Origin: Felis catus
Lineage: Eukaryota
DNA length: 64,000 bases
Direction of reading: 5' to 3'
Assembly: GCF_018350175.1 (NCBI RefSeq)
Contig: NC_058368.1
Span: 19,718,001 to 19,782,000, forward strand
This document shows positions 1-12,362 of this stretch, one piece after another. Numbering within the stretch: position 1 is the first letter of the stretch; each line of letters begins with the position of its first letter. The notes under the pieces were generated by a model that saw only the letters and a list, made by a program, of their open reading frames with translations, was not told the DNA's origin and searched no databases. Made by a program: the position numbers and the translations under genes.

Positions 1-229
1 TTCATGTTACCAACCTGACTCCTTGCACCTGCTGGGGAAGGGGGTTCTATCTTGGCTAAATTACTCGGGCCATTACATGAGACAAGATACGTAGGAACTT
101 GGAAAATGCTGTGATAAAACTCATCGGATGGAGAAATCTTGTTAATATCATTACGCCTTATCTTTTTATTCCACATGATTTTCTGGGTAAGCAAATTCTA
201 CCAGCCATCTTTGCATCCCAGGCATACCC

Positions 230-1140
230 AGCAGACAGGTGTTCCCCAGATGACGCCCCAGGTGACGCCCGGTTTCAACCCCGAGTTGACCGTGTGACCC
301 TGAGTGCCGCCCGCAGCAGGGCCCTCCCCCCCTCTCCCTGCCCTCTGAGGCTGGGGCTGAGTGGGTGCTCCGCACAAAGCCGGACAGAGAGGCAGGGCGG
401 ACCAGAAGACTCCGCCGCGTTCCCCGTGGAGAAGAGCCCGCGGCTTTTACATAACTGGAATGACGTAACCGCCGGCGGCTCCGGAGGGCGGGGACACCGG
501 GAGCGCGGGCCCTACTACGTCCGTCCACCGCAGCGCCGCGAGGCTTGCCACAGGGCTGCGCGAATACACCAAGTAAGACGGCCCGGGCGGCCGGGTGGGC
601 GGGGCCGCTGGCAGTCACGTGGCCCGCCTCGGCGCGGGCGAGCGGGGACGCGCCCGCGACTCCGCGATCCCGCTGGGCAGACTGAGTGACAGGGCCCCCC
701 CGCAGGCATGCCGCCCGGCGGGCGGGGTCCAGCCCCGAGAGGCGGGGCTCTGCCGCGCCGGGGCCCGGATCCACTGACGTCAGGCGGCCCGCGCGCCCCG
801 GAGTCCCCTGGGCGTCACCTTGGCGCCCTGCAGGGCGTGCTCGGGTAGCCGCGCAGGGCTGCTTTTGGCCCCGGGCTGGGCGCGCCCTAAATCGCTGGTG
901 AGGACTCCGGCTTAGAACTCTCCCGAGTCGTGTGTTTTTGCTCACCGATAAAACGCAGCTTGTGGACTGTGACCTCTCGCTCCTGCTGGAACTTTCCGAA
1001 CGCCGGTTTCGGGGCGGGTGTCCGCCGTGCACCCAGTGTGAGTTTTGTGAACGGCGTTCGACGGTTTCACTGGCCTGGTGGTCACCCTCGCTGTACCCTA
1101 GCCGGCTCTCCACCTTGTGGTTTTAAGAGGCGGCCCGTTC
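230..1140. promoter_or_regulatory. CpG island promoter of the DHRS12 locus
   Basis: Very GC- and CpG-dense stretch surrounding exon 1. It contains GC boxes (GGGCGGGG ~596-604, ~720-727), a full CRE TGACGTCA 775-782, TGACGTAA 461-468, a D-box TTACATAA 447-454 and an E-box GTCACGTG 614-621. Confidence 0.85.
517..572 (+). pseudogene. DHRS12: DHRS12 pseudo-exon 1 (coding part); start codon ACG instead of ATG
   Basis: ACG TCC GTC CAC CGC AGC GCC GCG AGG CTT GCC ACA GGG CTG CGC GAA TAC ACC AA|gtaag = TSVHRSAARLATGLREYTK vs recalled human MSLYRSVVWFAKGLREYTK. Canonical donor. Confidence 0.88.
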
Positions 1141-1186
1141 CGGGGGACAGAGAGGTGGTTTTTATCTTAGAATTAATTAGAGAAAC

Positions 1187-1345
1187 GCGGTGGTTCTCAA
1201 TCCTGGCCGAATAATAGGGCAAGAATCTAAAATACCAGCGTCAGGCCCTGCCCCTAGAGATTCCAGTTCGGTTGGCCTGCACTGGGGCCTAGACTGACAT
1301 TTTATAAATATCCTCCAGGTGATTCTCATGCCGCCCAGTTATCTA
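1187..1345. mobile_element. MER5A-like hAT-Charlie MITE, degraded
   Basis: gtggttctcaa start and the ...cctccaggtgattctcatgc motif. Confidence 0.55.
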
Positions 1346-2067
1346 AGGGACCTCCTCTTCTCCCTGCACTAGGGTTTTTATGAGTTCCTAAGGCAGGCCG
1401 GCAAATTTCCGTGTTCCAAGGGGAGGCAGCATGCTGCTGCTGACTTCTCTCCTCCCCCACACGCCATCCTTTCGGGAAAAGTGCATGTTTTTCTCAGGAG
1501 CCAGGGCTGCAGAGAGTGGTGGGAAGCAGAGCTGTCAGCCCAGCTCCACTGGATTTTGGCAAATGGCAACCTCTCTCTTTCAAATAGTGGCAGTGGCCAC
1601 TATTCGCTGGGTCTTTCCCTGTTACACAGCAGCCTGGAGAGCTTGGGTTAGCTTCTCGCCCTGGGAAAGCAGGCTCCTGAAAGTCTCTCCCCGAACTCTT
1701 ACATGGGGGTGGGGGTGGATGGGGGAGGGAAAGACAATTCCTAATATTTTCATCCCCATATGAGGGTCTGTAGTTTGGGTTTGTAATGCTTTTTCTTGGC
1801 ACACCATGATTTTTACGAAGTTCCCCTATATTGCTCACCTATGCAACAGCATCAAGTCACTGTTCCCTAAACTTGCCTGAACCTGACAATTACCTGGGAC
1901 AATTAAAAAGAAAACAAACAAACCCTGACCCCTAAGCCCCTGACAGGTATAGATGAGGGCTACAATTTGCATATGCAAATTCCCTGTTGGGTAAATTGGG
2001 GGAAACTGACGCCTGGGAGCTTGCCCCCTGGTGATTCCTATCTTTGGTGGTTCCGGAAACACAAGCA

Positions 2068-2229
2068 CAGTGGTTGCTCAGCTTGAATCAGAATCACGAG
2101 GAGGGCATATGACCCTAGATGGCTGGGTACCATTTTGAACCGTGGACTCAGTAGACAACGCATTTCTAACAGGTTCTCAGGTGATGCTGATGCCACCTGT
2201 CTGGGGAGCACCCTTTGAGCCTCACTGGT
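2068..2229. mobile_element. MER5A-like MITE
   Basis: cagtggtt...cattctaacaggttctcaggtgatgctgatgc...ctttgag..cactg. Confidence 0.6.
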
Positions 2230-3089
2230 TCAGTAGAAGGTGCCCCAGGTTGGGGTGTTGAAAGAATGGAAACCCTCCTTTGGCTTTATCACCTACCATT
2301 TTGTGACCTTAGGCAAGTCATTTATTTCTCTTCACACTGAAAAATAGGGACTGGTATCAAGAGTTTGTGAACATAAAATACTTCCCCAAAAGAGGGCAGG
2401 GGGATACAAAAAAAAAAAAAAAACCCAGCCAAATCTCATTGTTCACAACAGATTGGCTGAGGACAGGATCCCGAGATGAAGTCAAAGAGCCAAGGCAAAG
2501 GACAGAAAGAGAGTGTGACAGGCCCAGCAGGCCAGCCTGGCCCCGCCCTCTTGGAAGGGCTCACAGCCTGGAGTTTGAGGAAGAGATTTAATCCACAGGA
2601 GCTGTCGTCAGCAAGCCTTAGTGTTTAATAGGATCAACATAATCTTCCGGAGGCTAAGGTCTCCTCTAGGTGTCACAGAGGAAGGCCTCAGCTTCCTGCC
2701 CCTGGAGGAGGGGATCTTTGGGGCGGTTCCTGGTTTCCCCGTATGTTCTCTGTGGCCTGCACTTCTGGCTCTCCTGTGGTTTGGGAAAGTCTCACTCGCT
2801 CCCCACCAGTACTTTTTCTCCTGGCTAGGACCCTTTAGCCTAGAAGAAGGCCCTTAGCCCCTTCTTGAGGAATCATTTGCTTCTGCAAGAAAATCCTTTC
2901 ATAGTGACCCTACCCCCCCCCCCCGCCCCCGCCCGCCAACAATTATCAGAGAAAACAAATCTTACAGCTTTATCTTTGGTTATAGTTTAAAATGCTCTCA
3001 AAGTCCCTAATGATTTGGAGGGCTGGGATGGGGGTGGGGGCAAATGAGGAACTCAGTTTTGAACATGGAGAGTATTGATGTCATTAAGA

Positions 3090-3325
3090 ATAATAGTAAC
3101 ATAGCAACTGCTGTGTATTGAACTCTTAATTTATTCCAAGTGTGGTAAGAAAATGCCTTACATACATTATCTCATCCAGGCTGCCCAATAGTTAGCTTTT
3201 ATTATCCCCTTCCTGCAGAAGAGGAGACAGGAGCCCAGAAAGGTTAAGTCAACACATGAGATCGCACAGCTATTAAGCAGGAGAGCTGTGATTGAAACCC
3301 AGGTTGTTTGATCCAAAGCCCTTAT
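3090..3325 (-). mobile_element. MIR SINE
   Basis: attatcccc..cagaagaggagac..aggttaagtcaac core. Confidence 0.65.
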
Positions 3326-4618
3326 TATTGATAATTCTTTTTAGCTTCAAGTCAGCCTCGCAGGAAGCTTTGGAAGAGTCAGAAGTCTTGCTCACCCCAC
3401 TGTGCCGCTAGCAGCAGAAGCAGTGGGAAGGGTGTTCTCTGAGCTGCCCTGGACATTCAAGTGAGTTACAGATGGTGGGAACGGGAACATTCTTCCTGGT
3501 CTTTTGGCTGTGAGACAAGGGGCCATGACTGCCCCTGTGGCAAGGACTTCCAAACCTAACCCAGGCTGATAAACATTCTTTGGCCTCCTCTCCAGTGTCC
3601 TGGCTTGTAGTTGGCAATTGTGCTATACCAGGGAGACCAGCTGTTGGCAGTCTGTGTGTAAACACCGTGTGTGGGAGGGCACTGGGCTTTGCGTAGAATC
3701 TTCAAGGGAAAGAGTCCCGTTCTCTGCTGCAGAGCAGGAGAAATCACTCGGCTCTTTGGGTGAGAGTTGCAAGCTCTGAGACCCCAGCCTGCCTGTGTGG
3801 GGGGAGGGCTCTGCCCTCAGGACCTCCTCCTGCTAATCCCCCTCCAGGCCAAACCTAGGAAAGCAAAGGTAGAAGAGGTATCTCAAAAGGCAGAGAGAAA
3901 CAGTTAAGGAACTCAGGGTTACTTTTATGCGGTGTGATCCTTTCGTGCAAATGAGGAAAAGCACCTCCTTGGTGCGCTTTGCTGCCATCTGCAAAGAAGT
4001 TGCTCTAACGCAGATACAAATCTCCCATCGCTGTGATCTGGACGGTGCCCCCTAGAGTTACGCAGCACACGCCCTGTAGCCCTGAAGGAGCCTTTGCTTT
4101 CTCCGAGGCGGTGTGAGCTCAAATAACGACCTTCCTCTAGCTTCATTCTGTACTTGCAAATCTCCCCCCTCTCACCCGTCCTTCCGTAGCTCAGTAGGGA
4201 CACCTGTCCTGCCACACAACAGGCATGATGCTAATGGTCTCCTACGCTTCTCCTCTTTTCCCCTCAAAATTGGAAAAACGGAAAATAATCCATCTATCAG
4301 AGGATTTTTTTTTTGTTTTTTGGAGGGGGGCACTTCTGGTCTCAGAGGCAGTCAGAGAAAGCTGATTTGGATGCCAGATTGTTAGGGTCTCCAAATATTT
4401 TTGAAAGTTCAGGAAGCCAGTGATGAGGAAATGTAAAGTCTGAGAGGGCAGCATTGTTCCTGAGACCAGGGAAGGAAACAGGGAGGCGTGGAAGGAAGGA
4501 GCTATGTGATGTGCTAGAGAGAGCGATCATGCCCACCTCACAACTAGGCTTTCTCCCTGCAGGGGTTTCTTTTCCTGGCTCCTTATAGTCCTTCTTTCTC
4601 TGGGCTTGCTGCTTCCAG

Positions 4619-4752
4619 GAGTGGCTGTGAACCAGCGGCTAAGGACTTTGTGCCTGAGGGCTTCGAGGTCCAAATTCCTGGAATAGCCTTCTGGGTCACT
4701 TGAGGGAACAGTGGCATTGGAAGAGCGACTGCTATTGAAATAGCCAAGCGAG
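4619..4752 (+). pseudogene. DHRS12: DHRS12 pseudo-exon 2, in-frame TGA at 4701-4703
   Basis: ttccag|G AGT GGC...: SGCEPAAKDFVPEGFEVQIPGIAFWVT*GNSGIGRATAIEIAKR|gtgag. Phase fits exons 1 and 3. Confidence 0.93.
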
Positions 4753-6195
4753 GTGAGCAGCCTGCTGTGTGTCCACTCGAGGTCAGCCTGTGGCCGCTCC
4801 ACACTGGGGAGAGAGCCCGATGTCACAGGCAGGTCAGGAAGGGCCCAGCCAGCATGGCCAGGAGTTGACCGTGATCCCGCGGTAATCAGCTGCTGATTCT
4901 GAGATGGGCATTGAGCTTCCAGCTAGAGGTGGATAGAGCACGAGACCGGAGGAGCCTGTCCTCAACTCTTAATTAATTCACAGGAGAGCTCGGGTCACGG
5001 CCACACATCATTAAGAGCAGTGAGGGGCTCCCAACCCTGGGCATCTGAATCACCAGTAGAACTGGGACCCACCTCATGTGTTGTCATTGAGCCTCTGTGG
5101 GGGGATGTAGGGAGGAGAGTGGGAGTCCACTGCAGTTTGGCTGTGGACCCTACTTAAGAATCAGTGCCCCCAGAATAACTGGAGAGTCCTCCTTCCTGGG
5201 GTCCAGGCTCCAGGCTTAGAGCAGCTGGCGATGACCTCTTATTTCTCTTCCCTAACCTTGATTTTGTGAAAAGACTCTGTGGGTTCCCTGTCAATTTTTC
5301 CATCAGCTGAAGTCTTCCTCTGGGTAAACACCAGAATTTCCTGCACGAATTCAACCGCCCTGGGTCACGCAATGGCACTGTGGTGGCTAGAAAAGGCCAC
5401 CGTGTCTATCCGGAGACTCTTCTCCAGAAAAACGGATGCTCCAGCAGAAGTTGGAGAATAGGTTGGGGATTTATCATTTTTCAAGATGCTCAAAGATGGG
5501 TTTTTTTTTTTCCCCTCTAAAATCAAGTTAGGCATTTTCCAGGGCAATATTATACCATTTGGGCTGTATTTCATTATCTACCCAGTCAGGGTGAGGAGTA
5601 AGTACATCTCAGCAACTGGGAGATCCCTCGGAAGCGTTTGGGGAGAAGGAGAGAGGCTGGTTACGTGGTTAGCTCATAGCCTCCCGTGAAACAGACTCCA
5701 TTTAATAAAGCGGGCTATTTTAAGTGAAGAGACCAGGCTCTGTAATGATCGTTTTTTAACTGTCACAGCCGAGGAATTCCCCCTTTACACTTTGATTGAT
5801 GATGGTATCATCTTTGCTGGAATAGTCTAAGTGCCATTTATGGATTCACCCACTCAGTAAATATTAATTGAGTCCCTGCTACATGTTAGGCCAGTGCTTC
5901 TGAACTCAGGTTGAGCATTAGGCTCATTTGGGAGCTTTTAAAACATACCTAGGCCTAGATCCATCATCTGGAGCTTTAAGAACTCCCCAGGTGAGTCTAA
6001 AGTGCAGCCAGGTTGAGACCTGTGTGTCAGGTGCTATGGGAGATGCTAGGGACGCATCTGTGACCAAGACCCACACTTCTTATCCTTGATGCGTTCCGAC
6101 CCCTGTAAAAATCAGGATCTTCTCCTGGGTGCCCCATCAGTCAGCCCATATAGGCAGGAGGTCGGGTTCCAGGATCACCTTCACTATTATACCTG

Positions 6196-6306
6196 CTGCC
6201 CTAACTGTGGGGACCATCCATCTAGATTTTCCAGAATAGTCTCAGTTTCAGGTATTCTTCCTGTGAGCCTGTATGTCTTAATTCATTTGGAAAAGCTGGT
6301 CTCCAC
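6196..6306. mobile_element. MER94/MER81-like hAT MITE just upstream of exon 3
   Basis: Imperfect terminal inverted repeats gtggggacca...tggtctccac. Confidence 0.4.
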
Positions 6307-6356
6307 GGCCATAGCTGTCTCTAGAACTCACAGATGGTTTCATTGAATTCCACCAG

Positions 6357-6439
6357 GTGGCACAGTTCACCCGGTGTGTCGAGATAGAGACCAGGAAGGA
6401 GGTGCCAAAGGTGAGATCATCAGGGAGAGCGGTAACCAG
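6357..6439 (+). pseudogene. DHRS12: DHRS12 pseudo-exon 3
   Basis: caccag|GT GGC ACA...: GTVHPVCRDRDQEGGAKGEIIRESGNQ|gtgag. 83 bp, frame preserved. Confidence 0.92.
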
Positions 6440-6909
6440 GTGAGCTGCTCTTTGCCCCTCCCGCTGGGGGTTTCTTGCACGCCGACCTCGTCAGCTGCTG
6501 CGGGGGCCGAACTGCTGCCCGCGCTCCCTGGCCTTGGCAGTGGCCTGTGTTGGTGCTTCTGCGTTGGAGGCAGCCCCCAACCCCCCTGGGAGCTGGAGCC
6601 GCGCTTGCTTTTCCATGGCTGGGTTTGACTCCACGCCCTGGGCTGCCCGTGAGACAGCAGGCGGGGGCCAGTCCCTGCTGCAGAGATGTTATACTGACCG
6701 TGACTCTCTTGGGATTTCCACCAGGGAAGGAGCCCGGGTCAGTGAGACACATCGAGGGGGACTCGGGCACCACAAGCCAAGCTGTGAACTGACCCAGTGG
6801 CTTTCCAATAAACAGGCAACAGTTAGCTCTTGACGAGAGCCACGTCCTCACGAGAGCTTTCAGAGCTGGCCCACATCTTGTGCTCTTCCCTTCCTAAAAC
6901 AGTCGGAGC

Positions 6910-7082
6910 CAGGACTGGCTGCGTAATTTGCGGGGCACAGCGCAAAATGAGAATGTGGGCCCCCGTGTAAAAAGTATTAAACACTTCAAGATGGTGAAGG
7001 CAGACCCCCCTGAAAGTGTGGGGCCCTTCCGAGGGTGGGGCTTGCGTACCTACACGGGTAGGACCCCGTGAAGCTGGCCCCC
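6910..7082 (-). mobile_element. MER45A-like hAT-Tip100 MITE
   Basis: caggactggctgcgtaatttgcgggg...aaaatgagaatgtgggcccc...gtgaagctggccc. Confidence 0.65.
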
Positions 7083-8897
7083 GGATGGAAAACCCGGGGA
7101 AAACCCCCTGTAAAAAGAGCTTGGGCAGTGTTCTTCGTTTCCCTCAACCTCAGTTTTCTCCTCTGAGAAATGGGGGTGGTATCATTCTGTGTTTGAACAT
7201 ATGTCTGAGAGTGAATGCTATGTCAGGCTGCATGCTAGGAGCTGGAGACAGAAAGGAGAAGACGGAAGGGGCCCCTTGCGTTCACTGAAGAATGTCCCTC
7301 TGTCCTCCCTTCCATTCTGCCGAAGTCTCCTCCTCTTTCCGGGAAACCCTCTGCTCCAGCGGGTGGGCCCGTGGGAAGGGACTGGGCGGGGACGCAGCAC
7401 CCCCTGCCCCCTCAAGCTTGGACCTTGGCCAGAAGGAAAAAATGCCCCAATCTAGAACGGAGTATTTTGCATCTGCCCCTGAAGGCTGTTATTATTATTT
7501 CTGAAATAACGTTTTCAAAGCAAGCCCCGTTCTTTCTCTTCTCACCGCGCGTCTGTGGTCTCTGGCCGTCAGATGCCGCACAGAGGCTCAGCGCTGGCGG
7601 CGAGCGTGAGGGTCTCTAAATCTTCTCTAATGCGTGAGTGCCGCCGCGATCTGGGGCTGCAGTTCTTGAGATTGAAAGCTGGCTGTCTGCCTGCTGATAA
7701 CTTTCAGTTGTGCTGCTGTGGGACGCAACAAGAATACTAATAGGCCACAGGCGGGCCAGGGATTGCCTGGATTCCAGCCTGCTGTGGTTTGGGCTACATT
7801 TTTGACAAAGTGGATTGATACGGAAAAAGGTGACAGTATGGTTTTGTTTGTAATAGTGAGCCCTCCTTATATCCACCTCCACCACTGTTGGGAGCATAGA
7901 GCTGGAAAGAGGGAGCAAACGTGTTTCCGGGGCTGGGGAGAGAGGCAGCCCGTTATTTACTGCCCCCGCCCCCCCCTCCCCATGTAAGTACCCAAGGTGG
8001 GGTCGAAGCTCACACAGTGGAGATTCCTTTTCTTGTGTTTGTAAGTGGCCTCCGGTGCAGAGAGCTCTGAGGGGTGGGGGCTGACAGGGCCTGTCCGCTC
8101 ATCCCCGTGGCGTGGTGTCCTGTCCCTGACTCAGTGTACCCGCCCCAAGCTCTGCCAGGGATCAGCCGCTCCTCCCCCTTTATGAAAGAGAGAGCTCCAT
8201 AGCTTCATCTGGTCTAGCGCATGCAGCCCCCACACAAACGTGGGGCATGGGAAGGCGCTGGGCTCGGATCGGAGTCTGGTTGTGCGCTCGCTAGCCCTGT
8301 GAGCTTAGGCAGTGTTCTTCGCTTCCCTGAACTCCAGTGTCCCCAACTGAAAAGTAGGAGTGATATTACTCTATATTTGATCATATGCTTGAGTGTGAAC
8401 CCTATGTCGGGCAGTGTGCTGGGAGCTGGGGAGAGGACAGAGTCTGACGCAGCCCCTCACGGTCTTGGGAGGGATGATGTGGTTGACAAGCAGTGGCAGG
8501 AAGCGTGGGAGTCCACCCCGGGGCCTGCCGGCTCAGCTCCGCAGCACAGAGGGGGCAGGCGGGGAGTAGATGCGCGGACCCCCCGAGTACGTGTTTCTCC
8601 CGCCTTCACATCAGCCAGCTGCTGGCCGGGTTTGGCCATTGAGGAAGATCGGTGGGTGGGAAGAAGGGAGAAGCAGGACATTCGACTTCCCTGGCAACGG
8701 CCGGACCGCTCTGAGGTTCTTCCTTTTGGTGGCGAGCCTGGCTCAGGCCACACCACCTCCTCTGTTCCTCCAGCCTAGGCTGGTAGCTTCCTGCTCTTCG
8801 TCATCCCTTGGCTGTTGGCTGGTCCCAGCTGAGCCCTGGCCTTCCTCCTCTGGGGACCAGTCCCTTCATTCAACTCCCTCTGTTGAAAGAGGTTTCT

Positions 8898-9101
8898 GGG
8901 GACGCCTGGGTGGCTCAGTCGGTTGAGCTTCCGACTTCAGCTCAGCTCATGATCTCATGGTTCGTGAGTTCGAGCCCACATCAGGCTCTCTGCTGTCAGT
9001 GCAGAGGCCGCTTTGGATCCTCAGTCCCCCCCGCCCCTCTCTCTCTTCCCCTCTCTCACTAGTGCTCTCTCTCTCTCTCAAAAATAAATAAAACATTAAA
9101 A
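8898..9101 (+). mobile_element. Can-SINE (SINEC_Fc-type)
   Basis: ggggacgcctgggtggctcagtcggtt head, (CT)n, A-rich tail. Confidence 0.9.
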
Positions 9102-9719
9102 AGAGAGAAAGTTTTCTGTTAGACGGATGTGACGTTGTGTGTGCCATGACATGGGCAGTGCAGGGTGTCATCGAGCATGTAGCTCTCAGTCAGCAGGAGA
9201 CTATTGCGTTATCCGTAGTTTTCGTACTAATGCTGTTACCACTCCCACCCTTACGTTCTCTGCTCCAAGGTACCCACTTCTCTTTAATCGGGCCGTAGGC
9301 CCGTGGAGCAGTGAGAGTATGGAGGGAGTGGTCCCGGCTGCATGTTGGGTGCAGGGGTCCCTTGAGCAGGAAGGCTTGAGCGTGTGCACCGCAGGCCAGC
9401 CGGGTCAGGTGACTGTGGGCACCAGGAAGGTGTGAGGTCGTGTTCACATCAGTGGCCTGTACACACTGGCTTGGTCCCGTCAGACGCGTGGACGGCAAGG
9501 AAGTCAACATCCTGCCGTGGTGCTCTTGCTGGAGGGAACGGATGCTTACTGACGCGAAGTCCCTGCCCGCCAGCCCGCTGTTTCTGGCACAATGTCTCCA
9601 ATGGGCCTGGGGCAGGAAATCAGAGTGGACCTTCCTTCCTCAGCTTCTTGTTGCACTTCATTACCATCTTGCTGTCTGTCTTTGATCTGGCTTGATCTCC
9701 TTGGGCAACATTTTTTAAA

Positions 9720-10150
9720 AATCTTAGAATAGTCTAATATTTTAGAACAATTTTACATGCACAGGCAAGTTGTACAACTAGTACAGAGTTCCCACTTACC
9801 CCGCATCCAGTTTCCCCTTCGTTAACGTTTATTACATTTGTTACCACCGGTGGACCAATATGGGTACTTTATTATTAACCGAAGTCCATATGCTATTCAG
9901 TTTTCCCTCGTTCTTGCCTACTGCCCCGTTTCTGTTCTCAGATCCCATCCAGGACCACATTGCTTTTGGTCATCGTGCCTCCTTAGTCTCCTCTTGGCTG
10001 TGATGGTTTCTCAGACTCTCCTAGTTTGTGATGAGCCTGAAGGTTTTGAGAAGTACAGGTCAGGGATTTTGTATACTGTCCCTCAATCAGGATTTGTCTG
10101 ATGTTTTTCTCATGATTAGACTGGAGTTACAGGTTTTGAGGAGAAAGATT
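9720..10150 (-). mobile_element. Old L1 (L1MC-like) 3' fragment
   Basis: agtacagagttccc..acccc..ccagtttcccc and gatttgtctgatgtttttctcatgattagactggagtt motifs. Confidence 0.65.
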
Positions 10151-11174
10151 ACAGAGGTGCAGTGTCGGGGCAACATTTTAACTCCTGCCACGTTCCTGAT
10201 GTGGCCAGAAGGTGCTGTAAATGTGCCTTATGTCTTGTGGGGATCGACCCCAACAATATGTGGACGCTAAGAGGTAAAACGGGGGTTTCTACTCTCCAGA
10301 TCTCCCAGGTCAATGTGGAATTTCAACCTTTTGAGAATTATTGGTTTAGCTTCCTGCCTACCCGACGTGAATATTAACTGGCACCTCATTCCTATGCGGT
10401 GATTTCTACTGAGGGCACATTCGTGCACTGTTTCCCATTTGCTCCTCAGCCTCACGCTCTCACATGGGTAGAGGGGTTCCTGTGATGTCGTCTCATGACT
10501 CCTAGGCCATGGAACATGGTGACTCATCAGCAGAAAGGATCCAGTTGGCTTTTGTTCAATTTCAACAACCACACTTGTATCCCAAGGTTTAAAGAGTTAG
10601 CACAGCAGTCCCAGTGGCTCCTAGGGCCAGCCTTGACACACGTAGATCAGCAGATTGGTGGTTTTTGCGCACTTGTGTCTGTTCCTAGCTCCTTCTGCTG
10701 GTCACAGCAGACTCCTGGCCTTCCCTTCTGGGTGCTTTCTGGCCTTCTATTTTCTCCCAGAGGGAGACAGATGATTTCCTTCCATCTTTTCATGATGCTT
10801 CATTTCAGCGGGCCCCATGGCTGATTTATCTAGGACAGTGATTCTGTCTTCCATGCTGTTACCTCCGTCCGATGCTGGGATGCCCCAGGTGCCTCCAGGA
10901 AGCTCAAGGAGGTTGTGGAATGTTCAAAGTGGAATTGATTTTCGTTCACTTGAATTTTGTTGTTTTTTGAACCTGGATTTTGTACGAGTGTTACTTGGCA
11001 CTATTGGGTAGGAGGGAGTTTTAGGGTGGTTGTGGGGAGGACCTCAAAAGAAAGGACTGGGCGTCTATAGACTTAGTTTGTAGTCATTGGAGGGGGGGTG
11101 CTCGCAGCCCATCCAGGAAGGAGTCAGCAGGCAGCCTGTGTCCACTGTGGCTGAGCAAGTGCCTTCACAGCCTT

Positions 11175-11383
11175 TTTTATTTTTTATGTTTATTTTTTAT
11201 TAGAGAGAGAGCAGGGGACGGGCAAAGGGAGAGAGAGAGGAAGAGAGAGAGAGAGAAAGAATCCCAAGAAGACTCCATGCTCTGCAGGAGCACGGTGCAG
11301 GGCTTGATCCCACGACCCTGGGATCATGACCTGAGCCAAAATCAAGTCGGACGCTCATCCAACTGAGCCACCCAGACACCCCC
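11175..11383 (-). mobile_element. Can-SINE (older subfamily)
   Basis: Reverse head ...actgagccacccagacacccc, (GA)n, T-rich tail. Confidence 0.85.
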
Positions 11384-12362
11384 ACAGTCTTTTTCAAAGA
11401 GCAGAGTCCTGTACAGACCATGCTTTTCCTAGCCTTTGAAAGTAGAGGAATATTCAGCTGTGTCAGACTTGAGCTGAATATGATAGTTAAGCTGACTATA
11501 GACCTTCTGAGGCATGAAAATGTAGGATTGTTTCCATCTTCTCATTTTCCAAGACTGTCTCAGAGAGTGAGAAAACGATATGTTTTCAGAACGGTAGAAA
11601 GAAATTCTGACTATGGTCTTGGGTTCTATGGCTTAATTAATGGGGAAATTGAGGCAAGGCACCGAACCCTGCTTTATGAAAGGAATTGTGGCTGCTGCTC
11701 AGTATCTCACCTGTCAGTTCAGTTGTCAGGTCTCTGAAGCAGCAGGAGTCTCTGCCTTGGGCTGGTGATAAGTCACAAATGCCTTCCGGGGCTCGGACAG
11801 CATGTCCTTGCATTCACTGGATACTCAGAATATAAGCTTGATTCCTATGCTGGGCACAGAGAAGGGGCTGAACAGCCCACATACATGAATCATTTATGTG
11901 TGTGGCTGTGTGTACCCCCACGAGGGAAGGGGGTGATTCAACATGTCTCCTCCATCGAGAAGTCCTGAGTCTACTGGGGGAGGGAGCTGTGTCCAGCAAT
12001 GGCTATAGCACAACGTGGAAATTGATAAACATCATAAGCAAGGACCGAGTAACAAAGGAAGTTGTCGTCTTATAGTTATGATGTACCTTGGATATTGTCG
12101 TAAGAGCAAAACATTGACAAAAAACTCCTAAATGACTGGCAGGAGGAAACTATAACACATCCATGTCAAAGTATGTTATGTAGCCATTAAAAGAAATAAG
12201 ACAGATTTATATGTAACAAAAAAATCTCCAAACCTTAAGTGAGAAAGAAGGATGCAGAGCAAGGCATAGTCTGATCCTATTTGTATGGAAGGGGGCATAT
12301 ATTTATAATATGTGTATCGTGCTTAATATATATAATATATTTATTTTTATTTAAAAAAATTT

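Noticed and set aside
166..1113. 315-aa minus-strand ORF (and the 196-aa ORF 99..689 +)
   Set aside because: Arg/Gly/Pro/Ala-rich stop-poor frames typical of a CpG island, with no recognisable domain. The real exon-1 frame is different.
4701..4703. TGA as selenocysteine or programmed readthrough
   Set aside because: It replaces a conserved Gly, I recognised no SECIS, and multiple downstream frameshifts kill the frame anyway.
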